A stretch of 64,000 nucleotides of DNA from Planctomycetota bacterium (GTDB lineage: Bacteria > Planctomycetota > PLA2 > JAEUHO01). Position 1 is the first letter of the stretch; each line of letters begins with the position of its first letter. A program made the position numbers and the translations under genes. The notes under the pieces were generated by a model. The model was not told where the DNA came from and ran no database searches. It saw nothing but the letters and a program-made list of their open reading frames with translations. The stretch covers positions 33,800 to 97,799 of the forward strand of contig CBDCWP010000041.1 in the NCBI GenBank assembly GCA_965223505.1, in the 5' to 3' direction. Below, in pieces: positions 1 through 9,368 of the stretch.

Positions 1-1399
1 TGTCGTCGGAGTCGCCGATCGGCCGGTCGAGGCTGATCGGGTGCTTGCTGATCTTCATCACCCGCTTGGTCTCTTCGACGCTGATGCCGCTGGCGTTCGC
101 GATCTCGTCGATCGTCGGCTCGCGGCCCATCTTCTGGATCAGCTTCTTGGTGACGTTCCGGATCTTCGACATCGTCTCGATCATGTGGACCGGGATGCGG
201 ATCGTCCGCGCCTGGTCGGCGATCGAGCGAGTGATCGCCTGGCGAATCCACCACGTGGCGTAGGTGCTGAACTTGTAGCCGCGGCGGTACTCGTACTTCT
301 CGACCGCCTTCATGAGGCCCGTGTTGCCCTCCTGGATCAGGTCCAGGAACGTGAGACCGCGGTTGCGGTACTTCTTGGCGATCGAGACGACTAGACGCAG
401 GTTGCCGCTCGACAGCTTGCGCTTGGCCTCTTCGTACTCCGCGAACCGATAGCGGATGTCGTTGCAGCGATCGATGAACTCGTCCACCGACTCCAGGCTC
501 GTGATCGCGATCTCTTCCAGGCGCTCTTCCGCTTCCTTGATCTCCTCGGGATCGCCGCTGCGGCGCTTCAGATCGCGGATCCGGCGGCGCAGCTCGCGGA
601 TCTCCTGACCCAGCTCGAAGGACTCCTCGTGGACCGGCCGGATCTTCTTGGTCTGGATGGAGACCTCCTCGAGCATCTTCAGCGCCTTGAGCCGACGGCT
701 GCCGAGGTTGTACTGGATCCGCTCGCGCTCCTTGTCGCTGGTCTTGTCGTCGCTGAGCGCGATCATGTCGAGCTGCATGGAGTGCAGCAGCTTCTCGAGC
801 GTGCGCAGGTTGTTCGGCATGCGCTTTTGAAGGTCGTCCTTGTCGACGGGATCCGCCGTGCCGATCCGCAACGTGCGGTCGAAGGCGAGGTCGCCGCGCG
901 CGACCTCCTGCAAGATGCGAATGGCGGCGGCGATGCCGGTGCCGCTCTCCAGGACGCGATGGCGGTACCGCTTGCGCGTGATCTCGATCTTCTTGGAGAG
1001 GCTGATCTCCTCGTCGCGCGTCAGCAGCGGGATCTCGCCCATCTGCGTCAGGTACATGCGCACGGGATCGTCGATCTTCTCGGTCGTGATCGGCAGATCC
1101 AGCGCGCTCTCGCCGTCGGCGTCGCCGTCGAGATCGGGCAGCTCGCCGCGTGCGAGCGCCGCCGCCCGCTCACGCCGTTCCGCGACACCGCCGTCGATGA
1201 TCTCGATGTTCTCGAGGTCCATCGTCTGGAGGATGCGGTCCATCATCGCGGGGCAGGGCGCCAGCTCCGGCTCCGCGGTGTTGAGCTCCTCGTACGTGAG
1301 ATAGCCCCGCTTGCGGCCGGTCTCGATGAGGGCCGTGATCTCGGCTTCCGTCTCGTCGAGCGGGCTCGGGGGGACGAAGGGGTCGACACGTCTCGTCAT
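1..1399 (-). CDS. rpoD: Primary RNA polymerase sigma-70 factor (3' end runs off the window)
   Basis: Translated by hand from the ATG at 1399, which overlaps the dnaG stop (ATGA). Shows region 1.1 '[17 protein letters not shown]', 1.2 '[23 protein letters not shown]' and region 2 '[74 protein letters not shown]'. Confidence 0.97.
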   Translation of the reverse strand, partial: MTRRVDPFVPPSPLDETEAEITALIETGRKRGYLTYEELNTAEPELAPCPAMMDRILQTMDLENIEIIDGGVAERRERAAALARGELPDLDGDADGESALDLPITTEKIDDPVRMYLTQMGEIPLLTRDEEISLSKKIEITRKRYRHRVLESGTGIAAAIRILQEVARGDLAFDRTLRIGTADPVDKDDLQKRMPNNLRTLEKLLHSMQLDMIALSDDKTSDKERERIQYNLGSRRLKALKMLEEVSIQTKKIRPVHEESFELGQEIRELRRRIRDLKRRSGDPEEIKEAEERLEEIAITSLESVDEFIDRCNDIRYRFAEYEEAKRKLSSGNLRLVVSIAKKYRNRGLTFLDLIQEGNTGLMKAVEKYEYRRGYKFSTYATWWIRQAITRSIADQARTIRIPVHMIETMSKIRNVTKKLIQKMGREPTIDEIANASGISVEETKRVMKISKHPISLDRPIGDSDD

Positions 1400-3384
1400 T
1401 CGTTGGACTCCATGCGGCCTTCCGTGACCGACCTGCTCACAGGCGCGTCCACGGACAGCTTGTCTTCCAGGGGGGCGGTCGGGGACGAGTCCACGACCTC
1501 CCATTCGGGCTCGGGCGCGAGGGTTTCGACGTCCTCGGCGGGCGTCAGGTTCCCGGTCGGGCCCGCGTCCGCCTCGGGGGCCGGAGCCCCTTCCACAGGC
1601 GGAATCGGACTCGGACTCGTTTCGCCCGCGACCTGTCGCACCAGGTTCGTGAAGTGGTCCTGCTGCCTGCGGTGGCGGCGCGACTGCTCGAGGTGCTCGA
1701 TGGCGCGCGTCACGCGCTCCTCGAGCGTCGGGTCGGGCTCGGGAAGCGCCGAGAGCGTGCTCGCCGCCTCGTCGTCGTTCGCAAACCGCCCAATGAGCGT
1801 ATGCACGTTCACGGTGGGTTCGTCGTCCGTCGCCCCTGCCTCGCCGCCTGCCTCGTCGATCTCGAGCACGGCGTTATAGAGGCGCCTCGTGACCGGAAGG
1901 GTGAAATGCTCGGGTCCCACGGCGTTGAAAACGCGATCCTTGAGCTGCGGGAGGAACAGCACGCCGGCCAGCAGCAGCAGCTCGACCTGTCGCTGGGACT
2001 CGGGGCGCAGCTCGGCCGCGGGGTCCGCGGACGCGCCGGCGGCGCGCGCCGGCGCCCGGCGGCTCCTGGACGTCGGCGTCCCGCCCATGCGTCGCACCGC
2101 CTCCCTGCGCAGCAGCGCCTCGGCGTCCGGGCCGCCCATGCGCTCGCCCAGGCGGCGGAAGAGCAGGTCGCGCTCGAGCTGGCTCTTGACCTTCGTGATG
2201 AGCGGCGTGAGCTCCTCGGCGGCGGCCGCGAGGTTGCGCGGCGTATCGAGGCCGCCCAGGCGCTCGGAGAGCGTGGCCAGCTTGAAATCGAAGAACTCGA
2301 GCGAGTCGTCGAGGACGGCCTGGAACGCCGGCGCGCCGTCCTCCAACAGGATCTCGTCGACGTCGCGGCCTTCGGGCAGCAGCGCGATGCGGACCTCCAG
2401 GCCTTCGCTGAGCAGCACGTCGAGCGCGCGCTCCGCCGCGACCCTGCCCGCGTCGTCGCTGTCGTAGACGAGCACGACGCGGCCGGCCGCCCGCCGCAGG
2501 AGCGCCGCCTGACGGTCGGTGAACGCGGTGCCCATGCCGGCGACGGCGTTCTCGAAGCCGTGCATGCGCGCCATGAGGACGTCGGTGTAGCCCTCCATGA
2601 GCAGCGCCTCGCCGGCGCGCGCGATGTGCAACCGAGCGTGATCCAGCCCGTAGAGCAGGTTGGACTTCTTGAAGACCGGCGTCTCGGGACCGTTGAGATA
2701 CTTCGGCGTGTCCTCGGCAAGCAGCGCGCGCGCGCCGAACGTGACGACGCGCCCTTGCAGATCGCGGATCGGGAAGATCACGCGGTTGCGGAAACGATCG
2801 TAGTGCCCGTTGCGCTCCTTGCGCTCCTGCACGAGCCCGGCTTCGAACAGCACGTCGGCCTTGATGCCGCGGCGCGTCGCCGCTTCGAGCAGCCGGTCCC
2901 AGCCGGGCGGCGCGAAGCCGAGTTCGAACGCGTCGACGGCGCTCTCCTCGTAGCCGCGCTGGGTCAGGTACGCGCGGGCCTGCGCGCCGTCCCCGCCCTT
3001 CAGCTGCGCGACGAAGAAGCTCTGCGCGAAGTCGAGCGCCTGCCGCAAGCGTTGCATGCGCCCGCGGTCCTCCTGCGCACCGCTCACCGACGGCACCTCG
3101 ATGGCGCGTTCATCGGCCAGCATGCGAACAGCGTCCGGGAACGTCATTCCCTGGTGCTTCATCAGGAACGTGAAGACGTTGCCGCCCTCGCCGCAACCGA
3201 AGCACTTGAACGTCTGGCGGTCCGGGTTGACCGTGAACGACGGCGTCTTCTCGTCGTGAAACGGACACAGTCCCTTGAACGCGCGGCCCGCCTGCTTGAG
3301 CTCGACGTAGCGGCCGACGACCTCCTGCACGTCGTGCGCCTGGCGCACCTGCTCGATGACGTGTTCGGGAATGAGAGACGCCAT
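1396..3384 (-). CDS. dnaG: DNA primase
   Basis: Zn finger '[11 protein letters not shown]...CFGC', '[11 protein letters not shown]', 'KYLNGPET', and TOPRIM 'EGYTDV'/'YDSDDAG'. Start placed at ATG 3384. Confidence 0.97.
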   Translation of the reverse strand: MASLIPEHVIEQVRQAHDVQEVVGRYVELKQAGRAFKGLCPFHDEKTPSFTVNPDRQTFKCFGCGEGGNVFTFLMKHQGMTFPDAVRMLADERAIEVPSVSGAQEDRGRMQRLRQALDFAQSFFVAQLKGGDGAQARAYLTQRGYEESAVDAFELGFAPPGWDRLLEAATRRGIKADVLFEAGLVQERKERNGHYDRFRNRVIFPIRDLQGRVVTFGARALLAEDTPKYLNGPETPVFKKSNLLYGLDHARLHIARAGEALLMEGYTDVLMARMHGFENAVAGMGTAFTDRQAALLRRAAGRVVLVYDSDDAGRVAAERALDVLLSEGLEVRIALLPEGRDVDEILLEDGAPAFQAVLDDSLEFFDFKLATLSERLGGLDTPRNLAAAAEELTPLITKVKSQLERDLLFRRLGERMGGPDAEALLRREAVRRMGGTPTSRSRRAPARAAGASADPAAELRPESQRQVELLLLAGVLFLPQLKDRVFNAVGPEHFTLPVTRRLYNAVLEIDEAGGEAGATDDEPTVNVHTLIGRFANDDEAASTLSALPEPDPTLEERVTRAIEHLEQSRRHRRQQDHFTNLVRQVAGETSPSPIPPVEGAPAPEADAGPTGNLTPAEDVETLAPEPEWEVVDSSPTAPLEDKLSVDAPVSRSVTEGRMESNE

Positions 3385-3614
3385 GCGTTGTCTACGCGCT
3401 CCGAAAAGGCCGTCGTCGACCACGCACGCACCGTTCGGGAAAGCCCGGACAGAACGAGAGCCGTGGATGACGACGAGGGGGGTGCCGCGCGCGACGATCG
3501 CGGACCATCAGTCCCAAGGGCGGCCGCATCTCACCAACTCGTGCGAAACGACGGGATGCTGGCCTGGCGCCGGTTCACGGCGGGACTGTCCGGCTTCGTG
3601 CCGCAAGGCGCGAA

Positions 3615-3620
3615 ATTATA
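3615..3620 (-). promoter_or_regulatory. Sigma-70 -10 box (TATAAT) upstream of the dnaG-rpoD leader
   Basis: Exact TATAAT on the minus strand in a very GC-rich intergenic region, about 230 nt before the dnaG ATG. Confidence 0.6.
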
Positions 3621-3627
3621 CTCCTTC

Positions 3628-3647
3628 CGATGGACGCCCCCCCATCG
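3628..3647 (-). terminator. Short hairpin just downstream of rsmA (possible terminator, no U-tract)
   Basis: Inverted repeat CGATGG...CCATCG about 15 nt after the rsmA stop. Confidence 0.3.
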
Positions 3648-3661
3648 TGCGCGAGAGAGCG

Positions 3662-4546
3662 TTAGTTCGCTGCTTGGCTGCGAACGGCGCGCCAGAGCGC
3701 CAGCAGGCGGCCCGGCTCGACCTCCTGAACGCGGCCGGCGGGGTCGATGCCCGCGCCGTCGAGCAGCGCCCGCGCGCCGGCGGCATCGACATCCGGCGCG
3801 GCCGCTCGGAGCGCCGTCGTGAGCACCTTGCGCCGCCGCGTGAAGAGCGCCGTGACGAACGCGCCGAACGGGCGCTGCTCCTCGGGTGCAAGGTCGGGCG
3901 GCCGCAGCGGCGCCAGCCGCAGCAGCGCCGAATGGACCCTGGGGCGCGGCCAGAACACCGACGGTGAGAAGCGGCGCAGCACCGCGCCGGTCGCGTTGGC
4001 GCCGACGAGCACGGACGGCGCGCCGTAGTTCGTCGATCCGGCGCGGGCGAGCATCTTCTCCGCCACCTCGAGCTGGACCATGACCGTGATCTGATCGGGC
4101 GGGCGCGGCAGACCGAGCACCCCGATCAGGACCGGCGTCGCGACCGAATACGGCAGGTTGCTGACCATGAGCAGCCGGCCGTCGGCGGGCGGGTCGAAGG
4201 CGGCCGCGAACGCGGGCGCCAACTCGTGCTTGGACGCGAGCACGTCCAGCTCGTGGAACACGACGGTCGCGGGCCAGTCCCGAAGCTGCTTGGCCAGGTC
4301 CTGCAGCTTGCCGTCGACGTCGAAGGTCTGAACGCGGGCGCCGGTCTCGCAGAGCACGTTGGTCAGGATGCCCGGGCCGGTCCCGACCTCGACGACGACG
4401 TCGTCGGGGCCCACGTCGGCGTCGCGAGCGATCGCGTCCACGGCCTGCGCGTCGGTGAGAAAGCACTGCCCATGCATCTTGCGCGGACGCAGGCCGTGTC
4501 GTTCCAGCGCCGCTCGAAGCGCCGCGGTGTTGCGCGGAAAGGTCAC
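3662..4546 (-). CDS. rsmA: 16S rRNA m6,2A dimethyltransferase (KsgA)
   Basis: 'GQCFLTD', SAM motif 'VEVGTGPGILT', 'SNLPYSVATP', 'MVQLEVAEK', 'FWPRPRVHS'. GTG start overlaps the upstream stop. Confidence 0.95.
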   Translation of the reverse strand: MTFPRNTAALRAALERHGLRPRKMHGQCFLTDAQAVDAIARDADVGPDDVVVEVGTGPGILTNVLCETGARVQTFDVDGKLQDLAKQLRDWPATVVFHELDVLASKHELAPAFAAAFDPPADGRLLMVSNLPYSVATPVLIGVLGLPRPPDQITVMVQLEVAEKMLARAGSTNYGAPSVLVGANATGAVLRRFSPSVFWPRPRVHSALLRLAPLRPPDLAPEEQRPFGAFVTALFTRRRKVLTTALRAAAPDVDAAGARALLDGAGIDPAGRVQEVEPGRLLALWRAVRSQAAN

Positions 4547-5664
4547 TTCCGTCCCTTGCGTTCGCGCGCGCGTCGCAGCTCCTCGCGCCATGCGCTCACG
4601 TTGCGGCCGTGCCGCGCACCGGTTCGGTTCGCGAGAAGCGCGACGGCTTCGGTCCAGATTGCGGGCTCACGCGAGTCCACCGCGATCAGCACGAGCTCGT
4701 CGCCGGCCGGGTCTTCGAGGCGAAACAGCGCGGATGCCGCCGCCCAGCGGACTTCCCGCTTTCGATCGTGACGGGCCATGCGCCGCACGCGCGGGATGGC
4801 GCTCCGCAGGCGCGCCTGTTGAACGCCGCCGACGGCGGCGACGCGCACGCGGGCCTCGGCGTCGTTGAGCAAGCCGTGCAGGTGCGCCGGATGGCCGGCG
4901 CGCGCAAAACCCTCGGCGGCGGTGACGGCGACGCGCGCATCGGAGTCGCGCACCAGCTGGTTCAGGACGGGAATGGGATCGGACGCCATGACCGCCACCG
5001 CGCGCGCAAGCGCGCTGCGCGCGAGCCAATGGCGCTTGGCCTGCGTGCGCTGGTAGACGTCGCGAATGCGCTTCAGATCGGCGCCGTGTCCGCACTTGGC
5101 CAGCGCCATGACGGCGGCGGCGCGCAGGCCCCAGCGCGGGTCGTCGGCATCCGTCGCATCGAGCGCACCCAGGGCGGCCTCGCGCGCCTTGGCGCCGCCG
5201 CTCTCCCCCAGCGCGGTGACGGCCGCGGTGCGGATCGCCGCCGGAACGCGCGGGCCCGCGTAGGGAACGAGCATCTCGATGTCCTCAGCGGCCCCGCCGA
5301 GACGTCCCAGAGCGATGAGCAGCGCGGGCACGACGGTCGGATGGTGTTCCTTCGCGAGGCGCTTGCGCAGGGCGGGCGCGGCGGCGCGCCACTCGATCTT
5401 CACCAACGCGTTGGCCGCGGCGCGACGGGTGACGTCGTCGGGGTGCTCGAGCGCGCGCGCGAGCGCGGCGCCCGCGACCGCCCTCGCCTTGGGGCGCTTC
5501 GAGCGACCGAGGTAGTTCGCCGCGCTCAGGCGATCGGCGCGGTCGCCGTCCGCGAGCTGCTTCGCGGCGTGACCGGCCGAGGCGAACTCCGCGCCGTTCG
5601 CGGCGGTGGCGAATGCGGCGGCGCACAGCAGGGCGGCGGCGAGCGCGAACGTGCGGACGAACAT
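4543..5664 (-). CDS. Secreted HEAT-repeat protein
   Basis: Signal-like N-terminus 'MFVRTFALAAALLCAAAFATAA' followed by repeated 'D..VR.AA..AL' HEAT-like units. Confidence 0.75.
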   Translation of the reverse strand: MFVRTFALAAALLCAAAFATAANGAEFASAGHAAKQLADGDRADRLSAANYLGRSKRPKARAVAGAALARALEHPDDVTRRAAANALVKIEWRAAAPALRKRLAKEHHPTVVPALLIALGRLGGAAEDIEMLVPYAGPRVPAAIRTAAVTALGESGGAKAREAALGALDATDADDPRWGLRAAAVMALAKCGHGADLKRIRDVYQRTQAKRHWLARSALARAVAVMASDPIPVLNQLVRDSDARVAVTAAEGFARAGHPAHLHGLLNDAEARVRVAAVGGVQQARLRSAIPRVRRMARHDRKREVRWAAASALFRLEDPAGDELVLIAVDSREPAIWTEAVALLANRTGARHGRNVSAWREELRRARERKGRK

Positions 5665-5859
5665 CGAACGCAGGGTAGCAACGCGGGTGCCCAGCACGTG
5701 CCCCTGAGGCGAGGCGTGGCGTGGGAGCCGGCGATTTCGTCAGATTCGGACGTCGGTCGGCGACGGCGAGGGGCGCCCGTACATCCCGCACTTGCGTTCA
5801 CGGCGTCCCGGTGCAGGCGTGGTGCAGGTGCGCGTTCACGTGCACGTGGCGCATGACCC

Positions 5860-5945
5860 GTAGGGCAGCCCTTGTGGCGGCCCAACCGCGCATGCGTCCG
5901 CGCCTGATCGACGGACGGTTGGGCGACCACGAGGGTCGCCCCTAC
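5860..5945. repeat. GTAG-type REP doublet (REPIN/BIME-like)
   Basis: GTAGGGCAGCCCTTGTGGCGGCCC ... GGGCGACCACGAGGGTCGCCCCTAC in inverted orientation. A near-identical pair lies at 42694-42747. Confidence 0.85.
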
Positions 5946-5984
5946 ATCGCGTTCACCGCGTCCCGGTCCACGTGGCGCCTGAGC

Positions 5985-8258
5985 CTACTTGGCCGGCACG
6001 ATCTCGTAGAACGTGTCGCCGTGCTTGAAGACGACGCGCTCGCCGAGCGCGAAGATCTTCGCGAGCGTGTCGCTCTTCGCGAGCAGCTCGAAGTACTTCT
6101 CGGAGTACGCCTCGATCTTGGTCGTCGGGGTCTTCGCCTTCCACGCCGTGTCGACCCAGCGGCCGTCGTCGCGCATGGTGAACGTCCGACCCGCGACCGC
6201 CTTGATGCGCGCGCGCAGCTCTTCGAGCCCGTCCTTGTCGTCAATCTCCTCTTCGGATGCGTCGTGCTTCAGGCGCTTGAGCTTCGCGGAGTCCTCGGGC
6301 GCCTTCTTCTCGGCCGCCGGCGATGACGCCGCTCCGCCGCCGCCGCTGCCCGGCGCCGCCGCGTTCGGCATCGGAATCCCGGCAGTGGGACCGCCGAAGC
6401 CGTCGCGCGCGCGGCCCGCTCCTCGACGCCCCGGCGCGCGGAAGCGTGCCTCGAGCCGCAGATTCACGTTCTGCATCTCGCTGTCCTCGACGACGAGGCC
6501 GGCGGTGTAGGGCGTGACGATCGCGTGCTTGGTGGCGAGCTTGACGATCGCGTCGACCAGCTCCTGGCTGTGTCCGTGCAGGCGGATCTCGTCGAGCATG
6601 AACGCGACCTTGCGGTAGGCCCACAAGCGCGGCAGGTAGCCGGCGCCCTCGCCCTTGCGCAGCGTGCCTTCGTACTCGTACACGACCTCCTTGTTGCCGA
6701 CCTTGCCAGTCAGGCGAATGACACGGTCGTCCGCTTCCTTGTAGCGGCCGAACACCACGACCTGGCTGCCGGCGAACAGGTCGGGCAGCTTGCGCGGGTA
6801 GATGTCGTACGTGCCCGGGCCGAACTCGACCTTCACGTCGCTCAAGACGGGCTGATCCACCTTGTTGAAGAAGCGGCCGGTCACGATCTCGATCGACTCG
6901 TTCTCCATGACGTAGTCGCGGGTGCCGTTCGTCACCTCGGCGAGGCGATCGAGCAGGCGTACGTCGAGGTCGGTGCCGACACCGAACGTGAACACGCGCG
7001 CGTTGCTCGCGTTGGCCTTCTGGATCATCTTCAGCAACGGCTCGGTCTGGCGTTCGCCGATCGTCGGACGACCGTCCGTGAGGAAGACCACCATGAACAG
7101 CCGGTCGTCGCGCTTCATGGCGAGAGCGGTCGTGAGCGCCTCTTCGATGTTGGTGCCACCGCGGGCCTCCAGGGCCTCGATCCACTTCACGGCCGACTTC
7201 TGGGCTTCCTCGGTGGCGGCCAGCAGGTTGTCGCGGAACGGGTAGATGCCCGTCGAGAAGCCGATGATGTTGAAGCGGTCGCCCTTGCGGAGCTTCTGCA
7301 CGCCGTAGGCGAGCGCCTTGCGCGCCTGGTGCATCTTGTCGCCGACCATCGAGCCGCTCGTGTCGACGACGTAGACGACGTCCTTCGGGACGCGCTCGCC
7401 TTCGGGCACCTTGACCCGCGGCGCGAGCACGGCCATGAACGTGCCGTCCTCACCGACGGCCTTGTGGCTCTGGAGCGAGAAGCCGACGGCGTCGGGACTG
7501 CGGCCGACGAACAACAGGAAGTCCTTGTCCTGCTTCTTGCCGCTGCGCTCGTACGTGACGCGCGCCTTGCGGTCGCCGTCGCGCTTGATGTCGACCTTGT
7601 GCGAGGGGCTGTAGATCGCCTTGAGGTCGACGTCGCTCTCGATCTTGACGTCCACGATCGCGTCCTGGACGGCGTCGCTGTTCAAGCGGTCGGTCGCGAG
7701 CGGGTAGCGGAACTCGAGCGTGCCCTCGTTGTCCGGCAGCACCTGCTGGAAGGTGAGGCGAATCGTCAGGTCCTTGTGGGGCATGATCGGGAAGACGCGC
7801 GCGCGGAAGAGGCCGCGGCCCATGTACTCGAGCAGGCCGGGGTCGCGGCGGCGCGAGACGATGCTCTGGTAGATGCGCCGCGCCTGCTCGCGCTCGATGA
7901 TCTCGCCCTCGATCATCTTGCCGAACATCGTCATCGCGAAACGGCTGATGACGGCGCCTTCGGGCAGCGGGAAGAGGTACGTGCCTTCGAGCTGCGCGCC
8001 GCTGTGGTTGTGGAAGGTCTGCTCCACGGTGACCTCGGCGACCTGGCCGTTGAGGGTCGCGCTGACGCGGTGGCCCTTGAGCCGGACGGGCGGCTGCGGA
8101 CGCGGGTGCCAGTGCGGCGGCGGACGGCGCCTGACGGTCGGCGCGGTCGGTTCATCGCCGGTCACGAGGATGCCGTTGGCGTGGGCATCCGGGGCGGCTT
8201 GGACGACGAGAACCGCTAGAAACAGGGCTGCGAGGGAGAAAGAAAGCGCGCGCAACAT
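5985..8258 (-). CDS. Secreted VIT + von Willebrand A domain protein (inter-alpha-trypsin-inhibitor-like)
   Basis: Signal peptide, VIT 'VEQTFHN...EGTYLFPLPEGA...ARRIY...RDPGLLE', and vWA MIDAS 'DTSGSM', 'GGTNI', 'FLTDG'. Confidence 0.9.
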   Translation of the reverse strand: MLRALSFSLAALFLAVLVVQAAPDAHANGILVTGDEPTAPTVRRRPPPHWHPRPQPPVRLKGHRVSATLNGQVAEVTVEQTFHNHSGAQLEGTYLFPLPEGAVISRFAMTMFGKMIEGEIIEREQARRIYQSIVSRRRDPGLLEYMGRGLFRARVFPIMPHKDLTIRLTFQQVLPDNEGTLEFRYPLATDRLNSDAVQDAIVDVKIESDVDLKAIYSPSHKVDIKRDGDRKARVTYERSGKKQDKDFLLFVGRSPDAVGFSLQSHKAVGEDGTFMAVLAPRVKVPEGERVPKDVVYVVDTSGSMVGDKMHQARKALAYGVQKLRKGDRFNIIGFSTGIYPFRDNLLAATEEAQKSAVKWIEALEARGGTNIEEALTTALAMKRDDRLFMVVFLTDGRPTIGERQTEPLLKMIQKANASNARVFTFGVGTDLDVRLLDRLAEVTNGTRDYVMENESIEIVTGRFFNKVDQPVLSDVKVEFGPGTYDIYPRKLPDLFAGSQVVVFGRYKEADDRVIRLTGKVGNKEVVYEYEGTLRKGEGAGYLPRLWAYRKVAFMLDEIRLHGHSQELVDAIVKLATKHAIVTPYTAGLVVEDSEMQNVNLRLEARFRAPGRRGAGRARDGFGGPTAGIPMPNAAAPGSGGGGAASSPAAEKKAPEDSAKLKRLKHDASEEEIDDKDGLEELRARIKAVAGRTFTMRDDGRWVDTAWKAKTPTTKIEAYSEKYFELLAKSDTLAKIFALGERVVFKHGDTFYEIVPAK

Positions 8259-8282
8259 GGCAGAGATCTCCTGGACATCGCG

Positions 8283-8309
8283 TTAGACACGAACCGGCCC
8301 GGAAGGTTC
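8283..8309 (-). promoter_or_regulatory. ECF (RpoE-like) promoter
   Basis: Minus strand reads GAACCT-N16-TCTAA, then an AGGAG RBS and the ATG at 8258. Confidence 0.6.
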
Positions 8310-8409
8310 GGGGAGAACGGCGACACCCCCCGCAGTCGGCGCAAGGGGTCTAGCGTACCTCCGAACAGCGGGTTCGGGGGGCGGCGCGGGTGGGTCGGGC
8401 AGGACGCCG

Positions 8410-9363
8410 CTACCGCACCGGCCTGCGTTCCGCGGACCAATCCGTGATGTCGCGATAGGCGTAGGGAATCCCGAAACGCTCGTGCAGCTTCGTCACCTGC
8501 GCCTGATAGCGCTCGTGCAGCGCTTCCGGGCCCTCGACCGGATACGGACCGCAGAAGTAGGTCCGGCACCCCAACATGCGCCCCTGGCGCGCCTTGCAGA
8601 GCCGATCCGGCCCCCACGCCGGGCACGCACGTGCGTCCTCGTTCGCACGCGTTTCGTCCGAGTTGCGGAAGAAGTACTCGGCTTCGAGGGTCGTGACGTA
8701 CAGACGGTGTCCGTAGGCGTCGAAGTCGCAGCAGTTGCCGCTCGCCGAGCACGTGAACCGGTAGCGCGGCAGCTCCCGCTCGAGCTGCGCGTACAGGTCC
8801 TCGAGCGCCGCGAACGCCGCGTCCCAGTCGACGCGCTCGCTTGTCTCGGGCGGCGTCGCCGGCTTCGGCCTGCCGTTCTCGTCGAAGCGGGACACGACCG
8901 GCGTCTCGGGAGGACGCGCGTGCTTCTCGAGCAACGGCGCCGGGTCGCCCCCCACCATCCGCTCGATCTCCTCGCGCGAGTAGCGGTCGCCCTGGCCGAT
9001 GCCCTCACAGCGCTCGGCTGTTTCGACCCACTCCTTCTCGTAGGCCATGACCTCCTTCCAGAACGGGAAGGTGGTGCAGCGCAGCGGCTTGTCGTCGTAG
9101 ACGGTGCACTTGCCGTTCTCGAGCATGACGCAGTCGCCGCTCGCCTTTTCCTTGAGCGACAGACGACGGCCGACCTTGTGCACGTACTGCTTCTTGAACG
9201 CGCGAACGGACATGCCGCGGGCACGCGCGAGGCCGCGGATCTCCTCGGGCGTCACCCAGACGTTGCCGGGCTCCCCCGTGCAGCACTGGCCGCATGCGGT
9301 GCAACGGAACGTGAGTCCGTTCGCGTACCAGGGCTCGGCTTTCGACTTCTTCTTGCGTGACAC
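8410..9363 (-). CDS. YkgJ-family (CxxCxxCC) cysteine-cluster protein with two tandem domains
   Basis: First domain 'CTACGQCC...C...CTVY..KPLRCTTFPF'; second domain 'CSASGNCC...CP...C..R..RMLGCRTYFC'. Confidence 0.85.
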   Translation of the reverse strand: MSRKKKSKAEPWYANGLTFRCTACGQCCTGEPGNVWVTPEEIRGLARARGMSVRAFKKQYVHKVGRRLSLKEKASGDCVMLENGKCTVYDDKPLRCTTFPFWKEVMAYEKEWVETAERCEGIGQGDRYSREEIERMVGGDPAPLLEKHARPPETPVVSRFDENGRPKPATPPETSERVDWDAAFAALEDLYAQLERELPRYRFTCSASGNCCDFDAYGHRLYVTTLEAEYFFRNSDETRANEDARACPAWGPDRLCKARQGRMLGCRTYFCGPYPVEGPEALHERYQAQVTKLHERFGIPYAYRDITDWSAERRPVR

Positions 9364-9368
9364 GGGTT

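Noticed and set aside
3540-3600. dnaG leader as SRP RNA
   Set aside because: It lacks the conserved domain IV (CAGG...GNRA...AGCA) arrangement; kept only as an unassigned structured candidate.
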